From the NCBI RefSeq assembly GCF_036588685.1, contig NC_086382.1, forward strand, positions 77,128,001-77,192,000: 64,000 nt of DNA, read 5' to 3'. Below the pieces are notes generated by a model, which saw only the letters and a list, made by a program, of their open reading frames with translations, was not told the origin of the DNA and ran no database searches. The translations under genes and the position numbers were made by a program. Below, in pieces: positions 24,382 through 37,122 of the stretch; positions within the stretch are counted from its first letter, which is position 1; each line of letters starts with the position of its first letter. The DNA is from Mytilus trossulus. Taxonomy: Eukaryota.

Positions 24382-24399
24382 ATCCCAACGCTGCCACCA
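24382..24399 (-). promoter_or_regulatory. Primer-binding site, tRNA-Leu type
   Basis: TGGTGGCAGCGTTGGGAT, 4 nt inside the 5' LTR, nearly complementary to the ...ATCCCACCGCTGCCACCA 3' end of eukaryotic tRNA-Leu. Confidence 0.8.
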
Positions 24400-24403
24400 A
24401 TTT

Positions 24404-25410
24404 TGTAACGTGTTTGGCTTATGAACTATATGTTCGTATCCGTTTTCACAGAATCTGAGATACTCCAATATCAATCTTTCAGTTAACTCGAAAACCTAAC
24501 TACAATTTGGAGGCTTGACTCAAAACTACACCACCAACTTTGAAACTTAATAAAGGAATAACACTATTTACACAAACAACTTTGTATCAAAAAGTAGTCT
24601 GAAAACTATAACCTCAATTTATCCTTGATCCTTTCACCGACTCCGAGGTCCCAACTGATTTGACAAACAATTATATTAAATTTAAGAACAAGCTTCAAAA
24701 CTCCTAGGTTCCTGAAACACCTAGTTCTGAGACACCCAGTCTCTAAAACACCTAGTCCTGAAATGACTAGTCTCTGAAGCACCTAGTTCCTGAGACAACT
24801 AGTTTTGAAGCACCTAGTCTCCGGAGCACTTAAGTCACCAGATTATTACAAGCTATCTGTTCGAGGGACTGCGACCATTCCCGAGGGAAATTACAGTTTC
24901 GGAACAACGCGGTAGCTTGCAATAATTGTAATACCTAGTCTCCGAAGCACCAAAGTCACCAGACTATCACAAACCACCTGTTCGAGGGACTGCGACCATT
25001 CCCGAGGGAAATTACAGTATCGGAACAACCCGGTAGCTTGCAACAATCGTAAAGACTTCAAAAACCGCTTGCTTCAAAACCACGACGCTTTCAACTCAAC
25101 TAGGTTTACAAACTTCTCAATTCTAACTTCTTTATTTGCTGGTATTTTCTTCCCGATGTTTAACTATCAACGGCCAATTAATAAATGAGCGAACTTGCAC
25201 CATGTATCGGTGTCGTTATATACCATGAGCGCGGACCTCGAAGAGAACACCCTAGCAACAATTAACGCATCTCATAACAACCGAGGATAAAAGGATGATT
25301 TGATATGTAGTTTTCGTTAACGTATTGTTCAAATGGGTAATTAATCATGGATTACAATTCAACGATAAATTACAAATATTATCTTATGCCTAAACTGCAT
25401 TTTTGTCACA
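24404..25410 (-). repeat. 5' LTR
   Basis: TGTGACA...GTTACA on the minus strand, followed by the PBS. Confidence 0.95.
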
Positions 25411-28400
25411 CTATCTAAAACCGTACTGGAAAAGTAACAGCTTAGATTATTACCATAATAAGCAACGACAAGCTCGTAAAACGTGGCTGTCAATGGGACA
25501 AACACGAAACAACGACAATATTTTTTATAAACAGTATAAAGATCAGAAAAGAGAATTTCGAAAGCATAAACGTAATGCAGAGCGATTGTGGGAATCTGAA
25601 AAATTTGCTGATGTGCAAAAAGCAGCCGAAATGGACATAGGACAATTTTATCGTGTAGTGCGAAAGCATAGACAACAAAAATCGCCAGCAACTTGTTTGA
25701 ACTATGATGGAAATACAGCTACTAATAACGGGGATATTTGCAAGTTGTGGAGTACTTATTTTAGCGATTTGTATACTCCTAATGAACACGAAAATGACAA
25801 TTTTGATCAATCTTTTTATATGGATGTCACAGAAAAAGTTCGTGAATATAGCAGTCAAATTAGCAAACCGTTTAATGCTTTTTTCGATGTGCCCTACACT
25901 GAAGATGAAATATATGAGCAAATTAAAACTTTAAAATGTGGTAAGGCTCCAGGACCGGACTATGTATGCAACGAACATATAATATACGGTGGTAATACCT
26001 TGTTGAAATGGATTTGTTATATTTTTAATATTATACTTAAATGCGAATACATTCCATTACTATATCGACATGGCATAATTATTCCGTTATATAAAGGAAA
26101 TAACAAAGACAAGAGTAATCCGAATAGTTACAGAGCTATTGTCCTAACATCCGTATTTGGAAAATTACATGACAAAACAGTCCTTCATCGAATAAATAAA
26201 ATGCTTACTGCACTTGATAAGACTTTTCCTGATCCTTTACAGTTTGGATTTGTTCCTGAACATGGTTCTATCCCCGCTTTATACACACTCAAAGAATGTA
26301 TTAACGTGTTTATGAAAAGTAAATCTAAACTTTATGTTGGTTTTCTAGATAACGAGAAAGCGTTTGATAAGATCTGGCACGACGGACTTTTTCTGAAATT
26401 GAAAGAAATCGGTGTAACTGGTAAATTATGGAACATACTTTTTATGTCTTACAAATCTGCTAGTGCACATGTGCAATATAATGGACTCACTAGTGACAAT
26501 TTCTCCATTTCGCAGGGTGTAGGGCAAGGGAGAGTACTCTCATCTTGGCTATTCTCCTTATATATAAATGACTTAATATTACAGCTGATTTCGACAAACT
26601 GTGGAATACGAATTGGTTATTTGAACATTCCTGCCATTCTTCTTGCGGACGACACAACCCTTCTTAGTGCTTCGCCAAAAGGTCTACAAGGTCTTCTTGA
26701 CTGTGTACAAACTTATGCTTGTAAATGGAGACTTAAATATAACGGAACAAAAAGTTGTGTCTTGGCTTTTAATAATAATACAGATATTGACATTAAGCTT
26801 GGAAATACAAAAATAGCGTGTAAAACTGATACAATTTATGCTGGTACATTGATAACTAACAATAACAAAACGTTTGAAAGGACAAAAAATGCGACTAAGA
26901 AGTTAAAGAAAAATCTACACTCATTGTATAGTGCTGGAGTTAACCCGAAAGGCCTTACACCGATTACAAACACGTTAATATGGAAGCGTTTTGTTCTGCC
27001 TACAGCATTGTACTCTTGCGAAGTATGGGGACAACTCTCAAATTCTGAAATAGAACTTTTAGAAAGAACACAACGATATGCTGCGCGATATATACAGTGT
27101 ATGGACAAATATTCACCAACGGACTCAACTATAAGCAACCTTGGTTTATGGTCATTGGAAGCTGTAATTGACAAATTCAAACTTTTATTCTTTGGGCGAT
27201 TATGTAGGAGTAAATCTACCACAACTCATAAAAAATTATTCAACATGTGCATTAGTCAATTTATTCTGGATGAAAATGCCGAACACTCTATAACCTATAA
27301 TCTTATTACAACTCTGGTTAAATACGATCTATTTTCTTTCCTTGAAACCTATGTAAATGAGGATTACATACCAGAAAAAGTGTTGTTCGTCAGTCTATTG
27401 AAATTTATGAAGAGAACATATGGAAAAGTAATTTAGAAAATAGAAACGAACTCAAAAGGTATTCCAAAATTCATCCTACCCTCTGTGAACATAGATTAAT
27501 TCGGTTGACAGTTTTATATCCCGATGCAAAACTCGAACTGCTAGTACTTGTGGCTTTAGGATCGGCAGCCATTAAGAAAGCTACATGTACTCTATGTAAC
27601 AAACAATCTTTCGATATCGTTAAACATTTAATAATGGAGTGTCATGTTCTATTGACAGAGAGAAATGTTATGTTTTATAAAATTGTAGATGAACTTCCCA
27701 TTCAAAAATCTGTGGACATTTTCAATTTAGACGACGATGACCTTCTTGAAGTACTACTAGGATCTGTTCATGATATAGTATACGATCTCGATCCTATAGA
27801 TTGGTCTAGAATGATGTATTACATAGCAAAACATGTTTACCCCATGTTTGAGAAATTCAGACATGTATTATTTGAAAACAGATTTAATTTTGAATTTTGA
27901 ATAGACTTTGATTGAAAAACATTGTGTTTTTGTTGTGTATACAAGAATATGTCATTATCTGAATTGTGTGTTTATCTAAATATGGATGTTGGTTTTTTTT
28001 CATTGGGTATTTATCTCGAAATGTATGATATTTTGTTTATTGTGTAAATAATTATTAATTTCTGTTTGTATGCAAAATCTTCATATACATGGAGGAAATA
28101 AAGATTCATTCATTCATTCATTCAATAAACAAAGTAGTCAAAATATGGGTACATCAGTCATCATCGTATAACAATTTTAAAAGGAACAATTTAACAGAAC
28201 ACAAAAACATCTATCTACAAACACATTCATTGATTTGTGTGTCTGAAAATTTTATACGTCACATAGATTTGTCGTTCAATGTGCATACAAACAATTTTAA
28301 AATTTACATAGGCAATGTTAGCATACAGGGTTAAAAAAATCAAAAGTATGTAAGAATAAACAGAAATAGACTGAGATTTAAAAAAGTCCAAAAGTTATAT

Positions 28401-28608
28401 ATAGAATTTATAAGAATCCACAAATAGTTAATTCCACTACGCGATTGAATGATTTTGACGTTTGTGTTCAACGTATTTTGTAATTCATAATAGAAATATA
28501 TCATAATGACATAAAATAGAACAATATCATACTGACGGGATCTTTTAAAGTACAGAATCACGTTATAAGAACCAAAGAAATACAAAAAGTCGCATATACA
28601 AAACACAC

Positions 28609-29347
28609 CACCAAAAAATGAAAGACAATACAAACACATTGACGACATGTACAAGTTTTTTTCAATCATCAGTATCGGATACACATTTGTTACAGCCTTT
28701 TCATTTAATTTACGGTAATCCACACATAACTGATGATATAAATATAAGATGTGGTATGATTGTCAATGAGACAGTTCTAAAAAATAGACCTCATGATATA
28801 GAATTTAATGATCGTTTGTATTGTACTAAGAGAATAGGAGCGGACCCTTCCCAAATTGATGTGTCTGTTCTTATGTTAATAACTGTTTTTCCACAAAGAG
28901 TTATCTTGTGTAGATATATATTGAAGCAACTGCGCATCAGTCTTGTATAGGTTCTCGTCACAAATGAGTGACAAATATCAATACATGTATATTAACTCAT
29001 CATAGATACCATGATTATTTTCTTTATTTACATCAGACGCGCATTTCGTCTACCAAAGACTCATCAGTGACGCTCGAATCCAAAAAGTTAAAAAGGCTAA
29101 ATATAGTACGAAGTTAAAGAACATTAAGGACCAACAATCCTAAAAGTGACGTAGAAAACCTTTGTATTTGAAAAATTCTTTTTTTTCTGGTTGAAGTCAT
29201 CATAATTTATCTGAAGTAAAGCCGCCAACATGAAATATTTTACATATGTGTATGCTGAATTTTTAAATATAATATCAATATTTCTCAGCTGATGATTGCA
29301 CAATATAGTTCATCTGAACACATTTAAAACACATGTGAAAAGGCACA
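28609..29347 (+). repeat. 739-bp direct duplication, copy 2 (contains hammerhead at 29031-29073, - strand)
   Basis: Matches 17189-17927. Confidence 0.95.
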
Positions 29348-30402
29348 AGTTTTAGCTTATAACACTTTTATGTCATGGAGACAGATAAAAAACTGATTCC
29401 TGTGAGAAGTGTGCACCATCAGGGGTTGGAGGTAAAATATCCGATTCCTGGGAACTTATAGTTGTCACGGAAACACTTCCTTCAGGTACATTTATAAGTT
29501 CTTCAACTTCTTCTCTCAATGCTTCTACTTTTTTATTTAAACGAACCTTTGCAGAAGTAACAATCTGCCTTTTTAGAAATCTGTTTAATATTTTTAACAA
29601 TGTCCACTGGATCAGCATGTGCCACATGGGTTAATGTTTTATATCCACTGGAATGAATCTGTTTAGCTCTTCACAATTTGACACCTGGAGTTTCCATCAA
29701 GGGAATTAATTCTGTTGTGACACAATATGGCAGTCTTTTCACAAAATTTCCAAGTAAATCTTGGTATGCCCAAAAACACTTCAAATTCCCAACAGAAATG
29801 AACACTGGACGCAAAACCTGATGCACTAGACAACATATTCTGTATAAGTCCTCTTGGCTGCTGAAATTTGTCGGCGACTTCCCATAAACTTTTCTGTTTC
29901 CATAACTCTTACAACATCAGGGTGATGTAGAAGCGATTTAATATCAAATCATTTACATTCTGTCTAGAGCATTGTCCAGAAGCTCTCGTGGCTATGTAAC
30001 TCTCAGTCACACCAACCAAGGATGCTCCTTTCAATTCAATAATATCTAATGCTGAAAGCTGATGGAAATAAATGATCCATGATGGTTTGACCATATCTAC
30101 CATATCATAAGGAGAAACAAAAGATGTATTTATGTAGCCAGAACAAGGGACTCCTCGCCCTTCTTCAAATCATTGTAAAGTTGTGAGGCATTATCAATAT
30201 CTTCATATCTTTTAAATGTAGCTCTTCCTAAAAGGTGTAACTTTTAAATGAAAATCATCACAGTTCTCATCTCCCTCAGACATTGACCCTTTCTGGACAA
30301 CTAAACCAAGTTCAGTTAACTAATGCAGTGAATCTTTGGTTACCATAGTAACATCACATGTATTTCCTTGAGTGGACAACAAAGTTTTTCTCATGAATTC
30401 GA

Positions 30403-32195
30403 TCACATCAATGGTGGTCTTAGTAACCTGTAAACCTATTACATAACGTATGAGACTACGGATTCCCTTTCCTTCATCATACATTAGCCTACAGTAACAC
30501 ATCAGTGGTGGTCTTAGTAACCTGTAAGCCTATTACAGAACGTATGAGACTACGGATTCCTTTTCCTTCATCATACATTAGCCTACAGTAACACATCAGT
30601 GGTGGTCTGAGTAACCTGTAAGCCTATTACAGAACGTATAAGACTACGGATTCCCTTTCTTTCATCATACATTAGACTACAGTAATACATCAGTGGTGGT
30701 CTGAGTAACCTGTAAGCCTATTACAGAACGTATGAGACTACGGATTGCCTTTCCTTCATCATACATTAGACTACTGTAACACATCAGTGGTGGTCTGAGT
30801 AACCTGTAAGCCTATTACAGAACGTATGAGACTACGGATTGCCTTTCCTTCATCATACATTAGACTACTGTAACACATCAGTGGTGGTCTGAGTAACCTG
30901 TAAGCCTATTACAGAACGTATGAGACTACGAATTCCCTTTCTTTCATCATACATTAGACTACAGTAATACATCAGTGGTGGTCTGAGTAACCTGTAAGCC
31001 TATTACAGAACGTATGAGACTACGGATTCCTTTTCCTTCATCATACATTAGCCTACAGTAACACATCAGTGGTGGTCTTAGTAACCTGTAAACCTATTAC
31101 AGAACGTATGAGACTACGGATTGCCTTTCCTTCATCATACATTAGACTACTGTAACACATCAGTGGTGGTCTGCGTAATCTGTAAGCCTATTACATAACG
31201 TATGAGACTATGGATAACCTTTCCTTCATCATACATTAGACTACAGTAATACATCAGTGGTGGTCTGAGTAACCTGTACGCCTATTACAGAACGTATGAG
31301 ACTACGGATTCCCTTTCCTTCATCATACATTAGCCTACAGTAACACATCAGTGGTGGTCTTAGTAACCTGTAAACCCATTACAGAACGCATGAGACTACG
31401 GATTCCCTTTCCTTCATCATACATTAGACTACTGTAACACATCAGTGGTGGTCTTAGTAACCTGTAAGCCTATTACAGAACGTATGAGACTACGGATTCC
31501 CTTTCCTTCATCATACATTAGACTACTGTAACACATCAGTGGTGGTCTGAGTAACCTGTAAGCCTATTACAGAACGTATGAGACTACGGATTCCCTTTCC
31601 TTCATCATACATTAGACTACTGTAACACATCAGTGGTGGTCTTAGTAACCTGTAAGCCTATTACAGAACGTATGAGACTACGGATTCCCTTTCCTTCATC
31701 ATACATTAGCCTACAGTAACACATCAGTGGTGGTCTTAGTAACCTGTAAGCCTATTACAGAACGTATGAGACTACGGATTCCCTTTCCTTCATCATACAT
31801 TAGACTACTGTAACACATCAGTGGTGGTCTGAGTAACCTGTAAGCCTATTACAGAACGTATGAGACTACGGATTCCCTTTCCTTCATCATACATTAGCCT
31901 ACAGTAACACATCAGTGGTGGTCTTAGTAACCTGTAAACCTATTACAGAACGTATGAGACTACGGATTCCCTTTCCTTCATCATACATTAGACTACAGTA
32001 ACACATCAGTGGTGGTCTTAGTAACCTGTAAACCTATTACAGAACGTATGAGACTACTGATTCCCTTTCCTTCATCATACATTAGACTACTGTAACACAT
32101 CAGTGGTGGTCTGAGTAGCCTGTAAACCTAGTACAGAACGCATGAGACTACGGATTCCCTTTCCTTCATCATACATTAGACTACTGTAACACATC
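30403..32195. repeat. 94-bp satellite, ~19 copies, derived from HELQ pseudogene coding sequence
   Basis: Period 94 (ATCAGTGG at 30501, 30595, 30689, 30783). The reverse-complement unit reads CYCRLMYDEGKGIRSLIRSVIGLQVTKTTTDV and is contiguous with the flanking HELQ sequence. Confidence 0.93.
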
Positions 32196-32205
32196 TCATT
32201 TGGTC

Positions 32206-32658
32206 ACTGATGAATCTTTTGTAGACGAAACGCGCGTCTGGCGTATATGAAAAATTTAGTGCTGGTATCTATGATGAGTTTATTTACAACCACTGGGTCG
32301 ATGCCATTGCTGGTGGATATTTATTTCCCCGAGGGTATCACCAGCCCAGTAGTCAGCACATTTTGTGCTGACATGAATTGTCATTGATATGGTTATATAT
32401 AAAAAATTAACTGTTTACAAAATTTTGAATTTTTGAAATACTAAGGCTTTTCTACCTCAGGCATAGCTTACCTTAGCTGGATTTGGCAACACTTTTAGGA
32501 ATTTTGGCCCTAAACGTTCTCCAACTTCGTACTTTATTTTGGCTTTTTTCAACTTTTTGTATTCGAGCGTCACTGATGAGTCTTTTGTGGACGAAACGCG
32601 CGTCTGGCGTTTATAAAAAATAAAGTCCTGGTACTAGTATATATGATGAGTTTATTTA
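32206..32658 (+). mobile_element. Non-LTR retrozyme: 366-nt monomer bounded by two type I hammerheads
   Basis: CUGAUGA cores at 32207 and 32573; GUC cleavage sites at 32238 and 32604 (366 nt apart); flanked by TTGGTC direct repeats (32200-32205 and 32659-32664). Confidence 0.88.
32567..32610 (+). ncRNA. Type I hammerhead ribozyme (intact)
   Basis: GCGTCA-CUGAUGA-GTC(ttttgtg)GAC-GAAA-CGCGCG-TC^TGGCGT. Confidence 0.9.
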
Positions 32659-35600
32659 TTGGTCCATAAATAAATTCTTGTACCTTATCCCTGTTTGTAG
32701 ATAAAGTGATCAGGATGCTTTCCCCTGAAGAACCAATACCAGCTCTTCCTGTCATCTGTTCATACTGAGTCCTGCTCAGAAATGCATTCCCTACATAGGG
32801 ACTTCGTAAAATTACTCTGTTAGCAGGTAGATTAACACCAGCCGCTAGTGTACTTGTACAGGCCAGTAAATACAGTGTTCACTCTAAGTAAGCATCTTCT
32901 ATCAGTCGTTTCTCGTCCATCGTCAGTCCACTATTCCAAAGTGTACAGGCCAGTAAACACAGTATTCCCTCTGAGTAAGCATCTTCTATCAGTCGTCTCT
33001 CGTCCATCGTCAGTCCACTATGATGATAGGCTATTCCAAAGTGTACAGGCCAGTAAACACCGTGTTCCCTCTGAGTAAGCATCTTCTATCAGTCGCCTCT
33101 AATACTAATCACATTAAATAGTCTGGATCTGTTTTGGTTTGTTCAGAAGAAAATGGAAAAGTCACAACCCGGCTGTGCGATACCAATTCTTTTGCCGTCT
33201 TAAATATTACCTCATAAATGTTGTCCTCTCTCAATTTCCCAGGTCTAAAATCATTATGATAGACATCAGCCTTTAGAAAATTCTGTAAATCTTCAATCTT
33301 GTTCATAGTAGCACTCATTCCTATGATCTGTGTATTACTCTGCGTGTGAATAATTTTCAACAATGTTGATTCTAAAGTAGCACCGCGACTCCCATCTTCC
33401 ACAATCATGTGGAGTTCATCCACAACAACTAATCCTAGAGAATCTAATCTGTTGTTCTCTATCAAGCTGTTAATAAGTGAGTGAGCTTTCTCTATTGTAG
33501 CTATATAAAACGATCGTTTGTTCCGTCTTTTCATTGGAGGAAATCTGCATTTACTGCCTGCATATTCATCGACCAAGAAATCTAATTCTAATGCAAATGT
33601 GGAAATACTTCTAACCTTTTCCTGTACTATTGAAACAAATGGAAGTATAATGAATATAGTAATAGCATCTTTTTGTTGACACAGTATCTGTTTGAGTATC
33701 AGTATCTCAGCTAATAATGTTTTTCCATCACAAGTAGGTAAAGAATAGATTAGATTTATTCCTTCTCTCACACCTGGCAGGTTCAAACATTCATCTTGCC
33801 AAAGTTTTGTAATTCCTCTATGTACTTGTAGAAGTTGCTGAACTTTAGATCGAAGACCATAAAATGGACAAATATCTGTAGTACTTCCTGTAGTTTTCAG
33901 TCTTTCCATTTCTTCCTGGACTTTCTGTAGTTGTTCCTCTGGTTGTTGTTGTATAACTGATCCTGGTCCCTGAGGTGTTTTTACACATGCATTATTATGG
34001 AGTCTCTGTTTGATTCTGTCTCTTAGAGTGCATACAGGTGTAAGAGGAACTGCTTTCTGTTTTAACATGCTATTTATTAATATCTTTTTATATCTGGTTT
34101 TAGTTTCACTTCAGATTTTTCATCATGACCTTCACACCAATTAATGTCCATGTCTGCCAACCGGAAGTCACTGCTGTCAAGGATAATATCTTCTGCTTCA
34201 TCTTCATGATCTTTCCGTTTTTGTTCCTGATTTAAATCTTTAGGCTCCGTAGCTGTATCTGAATTTCTTATCACCTTTCTGATGGCTGACTTTGGTTCAG
34301 GATATACCACGGTACTGTTATCAACTTTGATATGACGATGACTCTGGTCAATAATTATTTTACTATCACACGCTATTTTTGCCAAGTTAGCATCACCGTC
34401 TGGATCAGTAAGATCTTGTGGATTTATAACTGATGATTTTTTTTAATCTAGAGTTGTTTTTGACATGTTGAACATTGTCATACTCATGACTCTTTCTTTC
34501 ATTATTAAAATAATTTGCAAACCATGAAGAATTGTCATTTGGTGATACAGTATCATTAAATTGACAGTTACTTATTTCATAATCACATTTTACATTTGGT
34601 TCACTTTTGAAATATTTACTCTGTCGATTTATTTCATCTTTCAAGTCACTACTACTTTTGCGCCTGGTAATATCAAATCTTCGACATGGTCCCTTTTCCA
34701 CATCAGCTGACATTAAGGTACATACACATACAATAGTGACTTCTTCTGTGTATGCCGACGAGTAATTTCAGTCTTACACCATTGTACACAATTTAAATCT
34801 AGTGCCATTTTCCAAAATAAAACAATCATTCATGAATTCAGAAGTTTTGTAAACAGTTAATTAATAAATTTAAACTCCACCAGCAGTGGCATCGATCATG
34901 TGGTTGTAAATAAACTCATCATAGATTATCAATCTGTACATCAATATTGTCACCAATATTCATAACTGGAGCAGTATATCTGTGTTGGCTGCTTAAAATA
35001 ATATGGCATCCATTATTCTCATATATGCATGCATGTACAAGACTAGCGCTAGTTTATAACACGTTTAATAATTAATGCGTCCTAAGCACTTTTTTGGATT
35101 AACCTTCATCAGGAACAATCAAAGCCAATCATTTGAAATCAGAAGATGTATAAGAACCGAAAATCGTTGAAGAGCTATATGTCAAAAATACTTAAAATAA
35201 ATAGCCAAATTCATCTGAAGCAAATTCATTAAGTTTCGCTCATAAACAGAGCACCATCAATATCCAACTAAATAAGTCCTACCTTTCCTATCAATCTAAA
35301 CTAAATAGTTCTACCCTTATGTTTAGCTGGTGCAATGCTTGTCTCTAAAGCAACTTACTTGATCGAGTGTTTATATTTCCCCCCTGAAATGGCATATTCT
35401 TGCAATTTACCTCAAAAGAAGATGAATTCCAATCCCAGTGTCTTACCAAAAGTTAATTCTACTAACTAATTTGATTTCACGCCTCCATTTTGGGAACTAG
35501 ATGCTCTGCAGGGCACAGCTTAATACAACCGCAGAGGTTTGGGCAAGTATGGACTCAACATTCAAGCTAAATACAACTCTGAATTTGGATTGTGATTAAA

Positions 35601-37122
35601 TAGTTGACGCTGTGGGTTTCTGTCTAAGGAACCTACATCTTTTTTTAGCTTTTGAGCAATACACTATGTGGTTAAATATCAATCCCCTCAAAAAGAGTTT
35701 GCAACAATAACTACACATTTAAATACATCATAAAATATGAAAATATAAAATGACATTCAGTCATGGTTAAAATTAATATAATTAATAGTAACCCAAACAT
35801 GTCTAAATATAAATTAACAGCTAATCATCTCAAGGCAATCATCATTTCTTATTACAAAATTTTCAAGCAGTGTAAGGGAGATAATAAAACATCTATATAG
35901 CAGTATGCTTTAAATGGAATTGTCTTACCTTCCTTACACAGCTTTTAAATTGTCCTTTAACCAGAAAACCCCTTGTTTTCCCTTTTTTGTCCCTAATTTG
36001 AGCCATAACCTCCCCCCCCCCCCCACACACACAAAAGGTCAAATAAAAATGGTGAGACTAACATTTACATCACAAAATATTGCCATACATCAAATATAGT
36101 TGACCTGCATATAGTATTAGATAAAAAGATCAAAACTCAAAAACTGAACTTGACCACCGAACCATGAAAATGAGGTCAAAATCAGCTCACACCTGCCAGC
36201 TAGGCAAGTAGTATTTTGCACAAGAGGAAAAAAATAATTCTGTATCTATAAATGAATAAAGAAAACATATTAAAACTGAAACAGCTGTTTTTGTTGTTAT
36301 AGTTTAATTGTATTCTCAGTTATGAATTGAACAATATAAACTAAAACATATAAAGGAAATAGAGCATCAACGCGACGCAACAAATGACATTAAAAAAAAA
36401 TAAAAAAATGTGATGCTATCCAAAATTTCATGGGAGAACACTGCAAGTATACCTTATAATCATACCATACACCAAATATAGTAGACCTATTGCATACAAT
36501 GTAAGAAAAACACACCAAAACACCAAAACTTAACTATAACCACTGAACTATGCAAAAGAGGGCAAGGCCAGATGACAACTGCCAGTTTGGATTGAACATC
36601 TTACAGTCCTTCCATATACCAAATATACTAGATCTATTACTTATAGTATTTGAGATATGGACTTGACCACTGAAATTTAAACTTGTTCACTGAACCATGA
36701 AAATGAGGTAAAGGAGTAGAGAGCATCCAGGTCTTCAACCTTCTAAATTATAAAGCTTTTAAGTAAACTTACACCACCACAGCTTAATCACTTAATCACA
36801 CAAGTTCTACAACAAAAGTTGCAGGCTCAACAAAAATGACATCATTGATATTTTTAGAACAGATAAAAGATTCCTGCACCTTGCAAAAGTTATGAAATTG
36901 TTATGAGTATTTTGTAACTTGAATATATGAGTATATATTGCATTGATGAGTTTCTGGAAATGTTCATGGATAGTATAGATGGAATTTTATGATCAATACA
37001 CTTTATTTTGAGTATTTCAAAAGTAGTAATTAACCTTAGAAAGATATAGTTATCCAGTCAGTACCATAAGATTTTGATTGCATTTCATGCAATCTTTACC
37101 ATGTCTACCAAAAAAGAATATT

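Larger units (their letters stand above)
20673..25410 (-). mobile_element. Young non-autonomous Gypsy-type LTR retrotransposon (Gag-PR-ZnF only), 4738 bp
   Basis: Two 1007-bp TG...CA LTRs, 4-bp TSD CTAT (20669-20672 and 25411-25414), tRNA-Leu-type PBS, purine-rich PPT GGAGGCGTGGGTAA, a single 738-aa ORF, no RT/RH/IN. Confidence 0.95.
19707..27900 (+). pseudogene. LINE ORF2 (AP endonuclease, reverse transcriptase, C-terminal zinc finger), disrupted
   Basis: APE motifs TWNMRG, VTEHWL, GGDFN, IDYIF, SDHYP; RT motifs KAPGPD, YRAIVL, KAFD, QGVGQGRVLS, LADD; finger CTLC...H...C. Stop at 20535, LTR insertion at 20673-25410 (frame restores to KFRHYLKPYW), frameshift at ~27381. Confidence 0.9.
17928..28124 (+). 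mobile_element. Full-length CR1/L2-group LINE, interrupted by an LTR element
   Basis: 5' UTR, ORF1, ORF2 (APE-RT-CCHC), AATAAA and an (ATTC)n tail at ~28104-28124. The 5' boundary is inferred from the end of the 739-bp duplication. Confidence 0.9.
29373..34810 (-). pseudogene. HELQ: Processed (intronless) HELQ helicase pseudogene
   Basis: NLIYSLPTCDGKTLLAEIL...ILPFVSIVQEKV...EYAGSKCRFPP...IATIEKAHSLINSLIE...VVVDELHMI...SRGATLE...[34 protein letters not shown] and the C-terminal [10 protein letters not shown]...RGLIQN...ELIPLME are collinear without introns. Multiple stops, frameshifts and deletions; Walker A is altered. Confidence 0.9.

Noticed and set aside
25403-27436. RT as the pol gene of the adjacent LTR element, or a retron-like RT system
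   Set aside because: It is on the opposite strand, outside the LTRs, of non-LTR type, and rejoins the APE domain in frame across the CTAT TSD.
33109-34068. Functional stand-alone DEAD/DEAH helicase or POLQ gene
   Set aside because: Sequence is HELQ-specific (EYAGSK.RFPP); Walker A is altered and the flanking frames carry stops, frameshifts, a satellite and a retrozyme.
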